Below, piece by piece: positions 1 to 9,321 of a stretch of DNA of 64,000 bases. The notes beneath the pieces are model-generated. The model did not search any database. It saw only the letters and a program-made list of their open reading frames with translations, and was not told the DNA's origin. Source of the DNA: Candidatus Lustribacter sp. (lineage in GTDB: Bacteria; Vulcanimicrobiota; Vulcanimicrobiia; Vulcanimicrobiales; Vulcanimicrobiaceae). The DNA lies in assembly GCA_965277805.1 (NCBI GenBank), contig OZ255842.1, positions 1,952,001-2,016,000 on the forward strand. The letters run 5' to 3'. The position numbers were made by a program, and so were the translations under genes. How positions within the stretch are numbered: position 1 is the stretch's first letter; each line of letters opens with the position of its first letter.

Positions 1-351
1 ACCGGCGTTCGGATTGCGGGAGAACCCGGGCACTGCCGTTCCGAGACCTGCGAACGAGCCGGCACCCGCCGTGCCGAGAAACGCATTGTTCTGCGTGTTT
101 ACCACGTCGATGCCGTTGGTGGCTCTATCAGCTAAGAAGTAGAGGTGCTCCGTTTCGTCCACAAAGCTGATGTCGAATGACGTTGTATTCGGCGGATTGA
201 TTTTGGTCGTGAACGAGTAGGTCGTTGGTGGCGCAGTCACGCCCGGGAGAGGTTGCGTTTGCACGCCACCGCCACCGCAGGCAGTAAAACCCACGGCCAC
301 GACGGCGAACATAGCGAGTCTCCCCAGTGCGTACGGGGATGTGGAGGACAT
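1..351 (-). CDS. Lipoprotein with YncE-like beta-propeller (runs off the left end of the window)
   Basis: Not in the ORF track. Manual translation from ATG 351 (preceded by GAAGGAG) gives MSSTSPYALGRLAMFAVVAVGFTAC|GGGG...SFDISFVDETEHLYFLADRATNGIDVVNT. It has a lipobox-like FTAC and a propeller-blade motif, and the frame is open to base 1. Confidence 0.75.
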   Translation of the reverse strand, partial: MSSTSPYALGRLAMFAVVAVGFTACGGGGVQTQPLPGVTAPPTTYSFTTKINPPNTTSFDISFVDETEHLYFLADRATNGIDVVNTQNNAFLGTAGAGSFAGLGTAVPGFSRNPNAG

Positions 352-436
352 ATTTTTCTCCTTCGGCTTCAAGTCGCGGAAAATCGTCGGCCGCGCTTCC
401 CCGTACTCCCCAGCGTAGCAACAAACAAAACGAATT

Positions 437-455
437 ATGAACAGATGATGAACAG
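437..455 (-). promoter_or_regulatory. 11-bp-period direct repeat (TGTTCAT-N4-TGTTCAT), OmpR/PhoB-type site candidate
   Basis: ATGAACAG occurs at 437-444 and 448-455 on the + strand, upstream of the lipoprotein gene. An extended -10-like TGcTACGCT lies at 420-412. Confidence 0.5.
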
Positions 456-458
456 GCA

Positions 459-1817
459 TCATCCGCCGGGAGGTGCGAGTAACATATACCCACCGTGAGC
501 AGCGATGCGCTCGCCCTGCCGAAGACCGGCGGCAAGCACCGAAGTCGTCGCGTCACCCGCCCGCACGGCGACCGCTCGCATGCGAAAGTTTGAGTCGCCG
601 GTTTTTGCACGCGCGTCGTGCACGAATACGACGGTCTTGCCGGTCTGCGGATCTTGGACGATCGCAGCGGTCGGCACCATCACGCCGCGAACCTGGCCGA
701 CGACGATCGTTGCGCTCACCGCATCGCCGGAAACAGCATCGGCCGGCGCTCCGCGCACGATGACCGTCGCTGACTGCGTCGCGGGATCGACGGCCGGCAC
801 GACCGCCGTCACCGTTCCATGCGCGACTCGCACCCGTGAGGAGGTCACTTGCAGCGTGGCCGCGTCGCCCGCGCTGATGCGCCGTGCGGTTTCCGAGGGA
901 ACGGCGAGCGTTACGCTGTTTCCGGTTGCCGGCCCGATTTCGAGTGCGGGAACGGTCGGGTCGACGGCTTCACCGGGGTATTTGAGAATGGCCAGCACGA
1001 CGCCCGCTGACGGCGCGGTGAGCACGCCGTTCGCGTACGCGATCCGAGCCGACTGCAGCCGCGCTTGCGCCGACGCGGCTTGACCGTTCGCGGTTTGCAG
1101 ATCGTTGCGCGCGCTCGCTACGTCAGCTTGCGCCTGCTTGAGCGCAGTACGGAGATCCGTGCCGGCGGCGGCGGCCTTCGCTTCTGCCGCACGCTGGTCG
1201 GCCTCGTCGCTTGCAAGTTGCGAGCGCGCCGCATCGGCATCCTTACCGGCGATAACGCCTGCCGCGAACAGTTGATTTTCGCGCGCGACCGCAGCGCGGT
1301 CGGCATCGACCTTGAGTTGCGCTTGACGCGCGGCCGATTGCGCCGCGATACGGCCGGTCGAGGCCGCAGGTCCACCGCTCTGGAGCGTTGCGAGTTTGTC
1401 GCCGGCGACCGCCAAACGTGCTGCAGCGGCACTGCCGGCAGCCGCGCTCGCCGATTGCACATCGGCTTGCGCGCCGCGCACGGTCGCCGCTAAGGCAGCA
1501 CGATCGAGTTCCGCCAGCGGCTGACCGGCCTGCACCGCTTCGCCGACCGACACATCGACAAAACGGACGATGCCCGCTTGCGCGAACGCGAGCTTCGCAC
1601 TGCTGCCGGCGGGCGGTCCGACGCGCCCTTGCACATTGACGCGTTCGGCGAACGTCCCCTCGTGCGCCGTGACCAACGGTACGTCCGGCGTTGCATCGCC
1701 CGCATCACCGGCAGCCGGTGCGGGCTGCCGGTGCCCGAACGTCAGTCCGGTCGCGAGCGCCACAATAACGACAAGGAGCGCGATTCCGGCGATCCACCAC
1801 CGGCGTGCACTGCTCAT
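459..1817 (-). CDS. Efflux RND transporter periplasmic adaptor (MFP) subunit
   Basis: N-terminal TM anchor, lipoyl half-motifs (AGIVRFVDVSVGEAVQAGQPLAELD; LTAPSAGVV) and a long alpha-hairpin. Its start overlaps the RND stop codon. Confidence 0.9.
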   Translation of the reverse strand: MSSARRWWIAGIALLVVIVALATGLTFGHRQPAPAAGDAGDATPDVPLVTAHEGTFAERVNVQGRVGPPAGSSAKLAFAQAGIVRFVDVSVGEAVQAGQPLAELDRAALAATVRGAQADVQSASAAAGSAAAARLAVAGDKLATLQSGGPAASTGRIAAQSAARQAQLKVDADRAAVARENQLFAAGVIAGKDADAARSQLASDEADQRAAEAKAAAAGTDLRTALKQAQADVASARNDLQTANGQAASAQARLQSARIAYANGVLTAPSAGVVLAILKYPGEAVDPTVPALEIGPATGNSVTLAVPSETARRISAGDAATLQVTSSRVRVAHGTVTAVVPAVDPATQSATVIVRGAPADAVSGDAVSATIVVGQVRGVMVPTAAIVQDPQTGKTVVFVHDARAKTGDSNFRMRAVAVRAGDATTSVLAAGLRQGERIAAHGGYMLLAPPGG

Positions 1818-4800
1818 CGGCCGATCTCCACTTCGGTCGTCGCCGCCGCTTTCTCGAGATCGTAGCGGGCCGAGAGTTCGTCGACCACCGCTTGCGCGTA
1901 CGTCGATCGCGCGCTCGCCACTTCCAAACTCGATGACGCACCGTTCCGATAGCCGATCTCGGTTGCACGCAGTTCCGCTTCGGCCGACCGCCGTGCACGC
2001 GCCATTGCCGCCGCAGCACGCTGGGCGGCGCCCAGGGAACGCGAGGCGGCTGCGACGTCGAGCACGATCTGCCGTTCGGTCGCGTCGGTCTTGGCCTTCG
2101 CCTCAATCGCCTTGGCAGCGGCAACCGCGACGCGGTCGTGCGTGCCCGGCCCCAGCGGAATCGTCACGTTGGCATTGATCGACGGTGCATTGATCGGAAC
2201 ACCGGAGTCCGTTCCCACGACGTACCCGCCGCTGATCGTCAGCGTTGGGAACCCCGCGGCACGCGCGGAGGCAACCGCGGCTTGCGCGGCCTGCGCCAGA
2301 AGCTGCGCCGATGCAATCTCCGGGCGCAACTTGCGCGCCGCCGCGACAGACGCTTGTGGATCGAGTAACGCCGGCGCAATGGGCGGCAGATCTGCCGGCA
2401 CAGTCGCATCAAGTGCACTTGCGGCATTCGTTTCGGCACGCAACGCCTCGCCGGCGTTTTGGCCGGCCGCAACGGCTGCTTCGAGATCCGCTTGTGCTTT
2501 GGCCAGATCGACATCGCTGCGCATGACGTCCAGCGCCGGCGCGTCGCCCGTCTTCGCTCGCACGGCCGCGGCGTCGTGCTGCGCGACGGCGAGCACGAGC
2601 GCGTTGCGCCGTGCCTCGGCCACGGCTCGCGCCTTGAGCGCATCGAAATACAACCCGATAATCTTCACCTTTTCGGTATTCACTGCAGCGTTGGCGTCCG
2701 CTTGTGCAGCGGCGAGGTTCAGGGCCGCTTCGCGCACTGCCGGAGCGAACGCAACGAAATCGCCGATCGTCCACTGCAAACCTGCACTCACTTGACGCGA
2801 CGTGACGTTCGGCCCCGGCGGGTTGCCCTGCGGTACTTGAGCGTACGTCGAGACGAACGACGGCACGATGCCCGATCGCGCGGCGTCGAGCGCATACCGG
2901 CTCTCGTCGAGGCGCGCGCGCGCGCCGGCAACCTCCGGCGATGTGGCAACCGCCGCGCGTTCGGCTGCATCGAGCGAGAGATCGGCAAACACCGCAACCG
3001 CGGCCGGCGGCGCGTTCTGCGCTCGTGCCGGAAGCATTGACGCGAGCATCAACACGCCGGCCATGGCGGTCGCCGCCGGCGCATGGTGCGAAACGCGCCG
3101 CTCACCGGCAAACGCCGCGTACAGCACCGGGATGACGATGAGCGTGAAGATCGTGGCCGTCGAAAGCCCGCCGATCACCGCGATCGCCAAGGGCTTCTCC
3201 ATCTCCGCTCCCTGCCCGATGCCCAACGCCAGCGGAAAGAGGCCGCCGATCGCCGCGAGCGTGGTCATCACGATCGGCCGCAAACGGGTCCGGCCGGCAG
3301 CGACGAGCGCGTCGGACACGGTCGCACCATCAACACGCCGGCGGTTGGCAACGTCGATCAACAAAATACCGTTTTTCACCACCACGCCGACCAGGAGCAA
3401 CAAACCCATGAACGAGGAGACGTTGATGTGCGTTCCGGTGATGAATAACCCGAGCGCAACGCCGATCAGCGCCAGCGGAATCGCCGTGAGGATAACCAGC
3501 GGCAAGCGAAACGAACGGAACGTCGCGAGCATGACCGCGAACACGAGCGCGACCGCGATGGCGATCACGTTGATGAAGTCGCCGAACGATTGCGATTGCG
3601 AGAGCGCTTGGCCGCCGATCGCCGCCGTATAGCCCGGCGGCAGCGCGATCGTGCGCAGCACCTGCTGGATTCCCGCCGTCACCGAGGATAAGCTCGCGCC
3701 TTCAAAATTTGCGGTCACGTGGATCTGCAGCTGTCCGTTCTGCGTGGTGATATCGCTCGAGAGACGCCGCTTCGTGAGCGTTGCGACGTCGCCGATCGCG
3801 GCCGCGGCACCCTTCGCATAGACCGGTGTCGATGCGTCGAGCATGCCGTTATCGCCGACGCCGGCGGAGCCGACGAGCACGCGAACCGGAACCAGCGTTT
3901 GCGATCCGGGCAAGCTCGTTGCAACCGTGCCTTGACCGAGCGCCGAGACTGCGTCGCCGAGGTCGCCGGACGACATCCCGAGTGCAGCCAGCGCCGTAGC
4001 ACGCGGCGTGATGCGCAGCGACGGGCTATCGTATGTGACGCCGCTGGATGCATCGACAACGCCTTTGACGTTGCCGATCTGGTTCGCGATGTGCGTGGCA
4101 AGATCGATGAGCGTCTGTTGCTCGGGGCCTTGGACCACGATCTCGATCGGCGCGGGTGTGCCGGAAAGATCGTTGATCAAGTCCTCGAGAATCTGGTGGA
4201 AATCGTAGAGCGCCGACGGCACGGCCCCGCTGAGCTGGTCGCGCAAGCGCGCGCTGACCTCATCATACCCCGCACGTTGACTTGCAGGACGCAAACGCAC
4301 GCGCAACAGTCCGGCGTTGGGCGGTGTCGGTGAGAGGCCGTTGGAATCGATGCCCGTCAAGCGTCCGACCTCGGCCACCGCCGGATCGGCGATGACGATT
4401 CGTTCCATGCGCGTCGCGGCGGCGTCACTTGCTTGCAGCGTGGTGCCGACCGGCAGCGTATACGCGATTTCGAACTGGCCTTCGTCCATTTTCGGTAAGA
4501 AATCGCTCGGCAAGCGCGCAAGCAATGCGACGGTAACGATCAGCACGCCGGCCGAACCCGCCGCAACGATCGCGCGGTGCACGAGTGCCCAGCGTAACAG
4601 CCCTTCGTAGCGGCCGAGAAACACGCCGATCGAATCGCGACGGCTCGCGTGCTCCGTCTCGCGGCTCAGCAGCGCGCGCGCCACGATCGGAGCAATGAAG
4701 AGCGCGAGCCCAAGTGAAACGATCAGCGAGGCCGCCAGCGTAAAGGCCAGGGCGCGGAAGAAAAACCCCGTGACGCCGGTCAACAGCGCCAGCGGCAGAA

Positions 4801-6136
4801 AGACGACGACCGTCGTCGTGGTGGAGGCAATCATCGCCGCCGCGAGCTGATTCATCGAGAGCGCAATCGTTTCGTCGAGCGACCGTTCGGGAAACTCGCG
4901 GCGATTGCGCGCGATGTTTTCGATCACCACGATCGCGTCGTCGATGATCAGCCCCACCGCAACGGCCAAACCGCCGACGCTCATCAGGTTGAGGGTCTGG
5001 CCGGTCAGTTGCAGGGCCAGGAGCGCGATGGCCATCGCAAGCGGGATGACGGCGGCGGCAACGAGCGTCAGCCGGAAATTCCGCAGGAACGCATAGATGA
5101 CGACGATCGCAAGCAATGCACCGAGCAGGATCGCGTCACGCAGCGCTTGCTGGGAGGCCACGATCAGCGTCGTCTGATCCCAGAACGCCGTGAGCGTAAT
5201 GTCACGCGGCAAGCGCGGCACGACGGCGTCCAAACGCGCGCGAAACGCGGACGCCATCTTGACCGTGTCCGCACCCGGCAACGCATAGGCGTTGACGATC
5301 ACCGCATGATGGCCGTTGATGGAGACCTGGTCGCTTACGGGCGAAACGCCGAGCTCGATCGTGCCCAAACTCGAGAGCGGTACCGACGCGCCGTTCTTCT
5401 CCGGCACTTGTACTGCGCCAAGCGAGGCCCGGTCCCGGAGTGCGCCGTCGATCAGCACCGCATACTTCTGGTCGTACTGTTGGGTCACGCCCGCATCCTG
5501 AACGTGATTTGCGTCGGCCAGCGCACGGCTGACGTCCGCAGCGCCGATGCCCGCTGCGGCGAGTTGCGCCGGGTCGAGCGTGACGTGAAACTCGCTCGCC
5601 GGTCCGCCGGTAACCAGGAGCTGGCCCAAGCCCGGTGCGCCGTAGAGCTTCGGGACAATTTGCGCAATCGCTATCTCGCGCAGCACCGCTTGCGAGAGAT
5701 CGTCCGACGTGAGCGCATATGACAGCACCGGCTCGCGATTCGGGTTCACGATCACGGCGACGATGCTCAGCGCGGCCGGCGTGCCTGACCGCGCTTGCGC
5801 GATCGCCTGGTTCACAAAATTCAGGTCGGCTTGCGGGTCGGTCGAAGGCGCGAATGAAACGAAGAGCTCCGCCGAGCCTTGACTCGAGGTCGCCACGACG
5901 CTCGCGACCGACGGCAATGTTTGGAAGCTTTGTTCGAGCGGTCGTGTGACCGCTACGCGGACCTGGTCGGGCGGGAGGTCGCCGACGTCGGCCACGACAT
6001 CGATGCGAGCGAAGCTCATGTTGGGGAAGATGCTTTGCGGCGCCGTCAAAAATGCGCGAACGCCCAACAGCGCCAACACAAGCACCACGAAGACGATGAC
6101 CTTCCGGTTGCGCAGCGCAAACCGTGCAAGATTCAA
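1814..6136 (-). CDS. RND efflux permease (AcrB/CzcA family) fused to a C-terminal TolC-like outer membrane factor
   Basis: Probable TTG start at 6136 (MNLARFALRNRK); the ORF-track extension to 6484 is antisense to the response regulator. RND motifs: GLIIDDAIVVIEN, GVVVKNGILLID, RTRLRPIVMTT, PLAIAVIGGL. The last ~400 aa look like an OMF (LSLDAAERAA...SPEV; YRNGASSSLEV). Confidence 0.9.
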   Translation of the reverse strand: MNLARFALRNRKVIVFVVLVLALLGVRAFLTAPQSIFPNMSFARIDVVADVGDLPPDQVRVAVTRPLEQSFQTLPSVASVVATSSQGSAELFVSFAPSTDPQADLNFVNQAIAQARSGTPAALSIVAVIVNPNREPVLSYALTSDDLSQAVLREIAIAQIVPKLYGAPGLGQLLVTGGPASEFHVTLDPAQLAAAGIGAADVSRALADANHVQDAGVTQQYDQKYAVLIDGALRDRASLGAVQVPEKNGASVPLSSLGTIELGVSPVSDQVSINGHHAVIVNAYALPGADTVKMASAFRARLDAVVPRLPRDITLTAFWDQTTLIVASQQALRDAILLGALLAIVVIYAFLRNFRLTLVAAAVIPLAMAIALLALQLTGQTLNLMSVGGLAVAVGLIIDDAIVVIENIARNRREFPERSLDETIALSMNQLAAAMIASTTTTVVVFLPLALLTGVTGFFFRALAFTLAASLIVSLGLALFIAPIVARALLSRETEHASRRDSIGVFLGRYEGLLRWALVHRAIVAAGSAGVLIVTVALLARLPSDFLPKMDEGQFEIAYTLPVGTTLQASDAAATRMERIVIADPAVAEVGRLTGIDSNGLSPTPPNAGLLRVRLRPASQRAGYDEVSARLRDQLSGAVPSALYDFHQILEDLINDLSGTPAPIEIVVQGPEQQTLIDLATHIANQIGNVKGVVDASSGVTYDSPSLRITPRATALAALGMSSGDLGDAVSALGQGTVATSLPGSQTLVPVRVLVGSAGVGDNGMLDASTPVYAKGAAAAIGDVATLTKRRLSSDITTQNGQLQIHVTANFEGASLSSVTAGIQQVLRTIALPPGYTAAIGGQALSQSQSFGDFINVIAIAVALVFAVMLATFRSFRLPLVILTAIPLALIGVALGLFITGTHINVSSFMGLLLLVGVVVKNGILLIDVANRRRVDGATVSDALVAAGRTRLRPIVMTTLAAIGGLFPLALGIGQGAEMEKPLAIAVIGGLSTATIFTLIVIPVLYAAFAGERRVSHHAPAATAMAGVLMLASMLPARAQNAPPAAVAVFADLSLDAAERAAVATSPEVAGARARLDESRYALDAARSGIVPSFVSTYAQVPQGNPPGPNVTSRQVSAGLQWTIGDFVAFAPAVREAALNLAAAQADANAAVNTEKVKIIGLYFDALKARAVAEARRNALVLAVAQHDAAAVRAKTGDAPALDVMRSDVDLAKAQADLEAAVAAGQNAGEALRAETNAASALDATVPADLPPIAPALLDPQASVAAARKLRPEIASAQLLAQAAQAAVASARAAGFPTLTISGGYVVGTDSGVPINAPSINANVTIPLGPGTHDRVAVAAAKAIEAKAKTDATERQIVLDVAAASRSLGAAQRAAAAMARARRSAEAELRATEIGYRNGASSSLEVASARSTYAQAVVDELSARYDLEKAAATTEVEIGR

Positions 6137-6173
6137 CGGCGACGACCCGGAACCGGCATTTGCATGTAGTTTC

Positions 6174-6207
6174 CCCTGGAAACATGACAGCCCTGGAAAC
6201 ATGACAG
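6174..6207. repeat. Perfect 17-bp tandem duplication CCCTGGAAACATGACAG x2 in the RND/response-regulator divergent promoter
   Basis: Copies at 6174-6190 and 6191-6207. Each contains CTGTCAT on the minus strand. Confidence 0.9.
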
Positions 6208-6218
6208 GAGAATGAACG

Positions 6219-6890
6219 CTGAAGCTTCTGGTCGTTGAGGACGATGCGGCCCTTCGCGACGTGCTGCGGCGGGCGCTTGAAGAAACGGGGCATATCGTCG
6301 ACACCGCCGCCGACGGCGCAACCGCCGAGCTGATGGGTGCCGACGACTCGTACGATGCGATCGTCCTCGATGTGATGCTGCCCGGCCGCGATGGAATCGC
6401 CGTCGTCGGCGCGTTACGCGAGCTCGGCGTCGGTACGCCGGTGTTGATGTTGACGGCACGTATCACCGAAGAGGACGTCGTCAAGGGTCTCGATGCCGGT
6501 GCGGACGACTACCTGCGCAAGCCGTTCGGCATCGCCGAATTGCAGGCGCGATTGCGCTCACTCTCCCGCCGCGAACCACGCCAGCGGCCCGCGCCCATGG
6601 CGTTCGGCGGAATCGTTTACGATCCGATCTCGCTGCATGCAACCCGCAACGGCCGCCGACTCGATCTCACCCATCGCGAAGCGATCTTCCTCGAGTATTT
6701 TCTGCGCAACGCCGGTCGCGCGCTTTCGCGCGAAATGATCGCGTCGGCGCTGTGGCCGTCGGAGAGCGAGATCGGATCCAACGTGATCGACGTGTACATC
6801 CGGCGCTTACGCTCGAAGCTCGACGCTCCCGGCGAACCGCCCGTGCTGCACACGGTTCGCGGCGTCGGTTACCGGATGGGCGACCGGTGA
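6219..6890 (+). CDS. OmpR/PhoB-family response regulator (probable CTG start)
   Basis: KLLVVEDD, phospho-Asp in VLDVMLP, GADDYLRKPF, winged helix NVIDVYIRRLRSKL...TVRGVGY. An in-frame TGA at 6213 and AGGAG at 6206-6210 point to CTG 6219 as the start. Confidence 0.9.
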   Translation: MKLLVVEDDAALRDVLRRALEETGHIVDTAADGATAELMGADDSYDAIVLDVMLPGRDGIAVVGALRELGVGTPVLMLTARITEEDVVKGLDAGADDYLRKPFGIAELQARLRSLSRREPRQRPAPMAFGGIVYDPISLHATRNGRRLDLTHREAIFLEYFLRNAGRALSREMIASALWPSESEIGSNVIDVYIRRLRSKLDAPGEPPVLHTVRGVGYRMGDR

Positions 6891-8266
6891 CCAACCGAAT
6901 GGCGTTCGGAACACGCCTGACCGTGACATACACGGCGATCCTCGCGCTGGCGATCGTCGTGCTTGGAACGGTCGCGTTCGCCGCGGTGCGCATCGCGCTG
7001 GATACGGCGTTCCAGACGCGGCTCGAAACGACGGCGAAATCGATCCGCTCCATCGTCGACGTGCGGCATGGCCGCTTGGAAAAACTGCATGGGGAAGATC
7101 TGATCCAATTCCAGGCACTGCTCGGCCAAGGTCTGAACGGCGCGGTCCTCTGGCGCGATGGTTCGTTGATGACCTCGAACCTTGCCCAGCCTCCAGTCGC
7201 GCTGCTCGCTTCGCTCGCGCCCTCGGCCGGTGAACACACGGTCCGCACCGACCGGGGAAATATCGCCTACATAACGCTCGCTCTCACCGACGGGGCCACG
7301 CGTTACGGCACGATCGTCACATGGGCGTCGCGCAGCACCTATGAAGATGCGGAGTGGATCACGCTCATGGCGTTTGCGGTGACCGGCGCCATCGTCATCG
7401 CCGCCGCCGCGGCCGCAGGCGGCGCGCTCACCAGGCGAATGCTGCGGCCCGTTACGGAGATGAGCGCGATGATGTCGGAAATCGAAGCGACGGATCTTCG
7501 CGAGCGGCTTGCCTGGACCGGCCCCGACGATGAACTCGGCCGGCTTTGCGTCACGTTCGATCGGCTCCTCGACCGTCTTGAAGCGGCGTTCGATCGCGAG
7601 CGGCGCTTCATCGCCGACGCGTCCCACGAATTGCGCACGCCGCTCAGCGTCATGCGCGCCGAAGTCGAGCTGGCGTTGATGCGCGAACGAACGCCGGATG
7701 CCTATCGGGCAGCGCTCGAACGACTGCAACGTGAAACGCAACGTCTCGAAGCGCTGGCAAAAAGCCTGATCCTCACCACGCGCGACGGGGAGACCTGGCA
7801 GCCGCAGCCGTTGGATGCATCCGAGCTCGCAATGCGTTCGACCGAACGCATGCAGCCGCTGGCCGCGGGCCACGGGATCGCGCTGCGCTGCACGACGGCG
7901 GGTGCAGGCACCGTCATGGGCGACGCCGCCATGCTCGAAAGCGCCGTCGTTTCGCTCATCGACAACGCTCTGCGCTTCGCGCGCACGGAGGTTCGCGTTG
8001 CGGCCGAGCAGGACGAAAACCGCGTGACCCTGGCCGTCCGTGATGATGGGCCGGGGTTTAGCGACGCGGCGCTTGCATCGGCGACGAACCGATTTTGGCG
8101 CGACGACCCGGCGCGCAGCGGCGCCGGCACCGGGCTCGGCCTGGCGATCGTCCGCTCGATTGTCGAGCGGCATCAAGGGACGATCGAATTGCGAAATGGC
8201 CCTCATGGCACGGGCGCCGTCGTCGAACTGATGCTACCGGCGATCCTTATTGTCGCAGTTCAGTGA
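6887..8266 (+). CDS. Membrane sensor histidine kinase (HAMP-HisKA-HATPase)
   Basis: Two TM segments, HAMP, FIADASHELRTPL H-box, LIDNALRF, DDGPG and GTGLGLAIV. GTGA overlap with the regulator. Confidence 0.93.
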   Translation: MTNRMAFGTRLTVTYTAILALAIVVLGTVAFAAVRIALDTAFQTRLETTAKSIRSIVDVRHGRLEKLHGEDLIQFQALLGQGLNGAVLWRDGSLMTSNLAQPPVALLASLAPSAGEHTVRTDRGNIAYITLALTDGATRYGTIVTWASRSTYEDAEWITLMAFAVTGAIVIAAAAAAGGALTRRMLRPVTEMSAMMSEIEATDLRERLAWTGPDDELGRLCVTFDRLLDRLEAAFDRERRFIADASHELRTPLSVMRAEVELALMRERTPDAYRAALERLQRETQRLEALAKSLILTTRDGETWQPQPLDASELAMRSTERMQPLAAGHGIALRCTTAGAGTVMGDAAMLESAVVSLIDNALRFARTEVRVAAEQDENRVTLAVRDDGPGFSDAALASATNRFWRDDPARSGAGTGLGLAIVRSIVERHQGTIELRNGPHGTGAVVELMLPAILIVAVQ

Positions 8267-9321
8267 CCGATCTCAAAGAGCGGAGCCATCGCCTGCACCG
8301 TCGCATCGCCGGCGTGACGCAGATGATCGCCGAGACCTAAGGCATCTTCGATCGTCCGCAACAGGCTGTAGTGATCGTACGGCGTTGCATCGGCCAGCCT
8401 GCGGGGACCGTGATTCGTGATCACGATCGTCGGGATGTGGCCGCCGCCCGGGTCGTGTGCGTCGACGACGCAGCACGACTGCGGCGACCCCGGCGCCCGA
8501 TCGGCCTTGCCGTCCTCATCCCACGTGATGACGATCGCGGTGTTTCCGCGCGCCCAGATCGGCGACGCCTGCATTTCCGCAACCAGCGCGTGCACGACGG
8601 CGTCGCCGCGCCGGATCAGGCCCGCGTCGTCCTTTTGACAATCGGGCGGCGCCTTCGGTGAATTGATGCCGTGCATTTCATCGCACTGGTTGGGCACGAC
8701 GAGGGCGAACGGCGGTACGTTACCGGTGCGCAGATCAGCATGAAGGGCATCGAAGCCGACGAGTTCTTGCGTGAGATTCGGATCGGCGTGCACCGATGAA
8801 AAATTCGTGAAGCCCGTATGTTTGGCCGCGTAAAGCGCGGCCGGCTGCGTGTCGGTTTCCGGCGAGAACACGTCAAGCGAGCCGGGACTCGGGAGATTTT
8901 CGAGATACGCCCGCCACGCCAACCCCTTTGCGGTAAGTTGCGTCGCGAGATTCGGTCCGTCGATGAGGTGGACGGGGAAGCCCGCCGCATCCGAGCCCTT
9001 ACAGTTGGGGCGAGTCGAACCGGGAATGCAGTACCAGCTATCGTCGTCGGCAATGCCGAACGTATCGCCGCCGATCAGTGCGACATAGTTCGGCTCGCTC
9101 GGGTGACGCTCGGCGTACATCTGCGTTGCGACGCCGTAGGTTTTGGCCAGATCCGACATTGCCGGGGCGTAACCGTGATCCAGCACGGTGGCGTAGCCCT
9201 TGTTCTCCTCGATGATAACGAGGATGTGGTCGTAGTGCGGGACCGCTACATCGCGATCTGCCGCATCCGCGCCGGTCACCACAAGGGCAGCCAGCGCGAA
9301 TGCAGCGACGATCGCCTTCAC
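8260..9321 (-). CDS. Secreted phosphoesterase / acid phosphatase family protein
   Basis: Signal peptide, HILVIIEENK, HPSEPNYVALIGG, PNQCDEMH, ITWDE, YDHYSLLRTIEDALG. Confidence 0.85.
   Translation of the reverse strand: MKAIVAAFALAALVVTGADAADRDVAVPHYDHILVIIEENKGYATVLDHGYAPAMSDLAKTYGVATQMYAERHPSEPNYVALIGGDTFGIADDDSWYCIPGSTRPNCKGSDAAGFPVHLIDGPNLATQLTAKGLAWRAYLENLPSPGSLDVFSPETDTQPAALYAAKHTGFTNFSSVHADPNLTQELVGFDALHADLRTGNVPPFALVVPNQCDEMHGINSPKAPPDCQKDDAGLIRRGDAVVHALVAEMQASPIWARGNTAIVITWDEDGKADRAPGSPQSCCVVDAHDPGGGHIPTIVITNHGPRRLADATPYDHYSLLRTIEDALGLGDHLRHAGDATVQAMAPLFEIGH

Noticed and set aside
6137-6484. N-terminal extension of the 1556-aa RND ORF
   Set aside because: It is antisense to the response regulator. 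RND-like sequence begins at TTG 6136.
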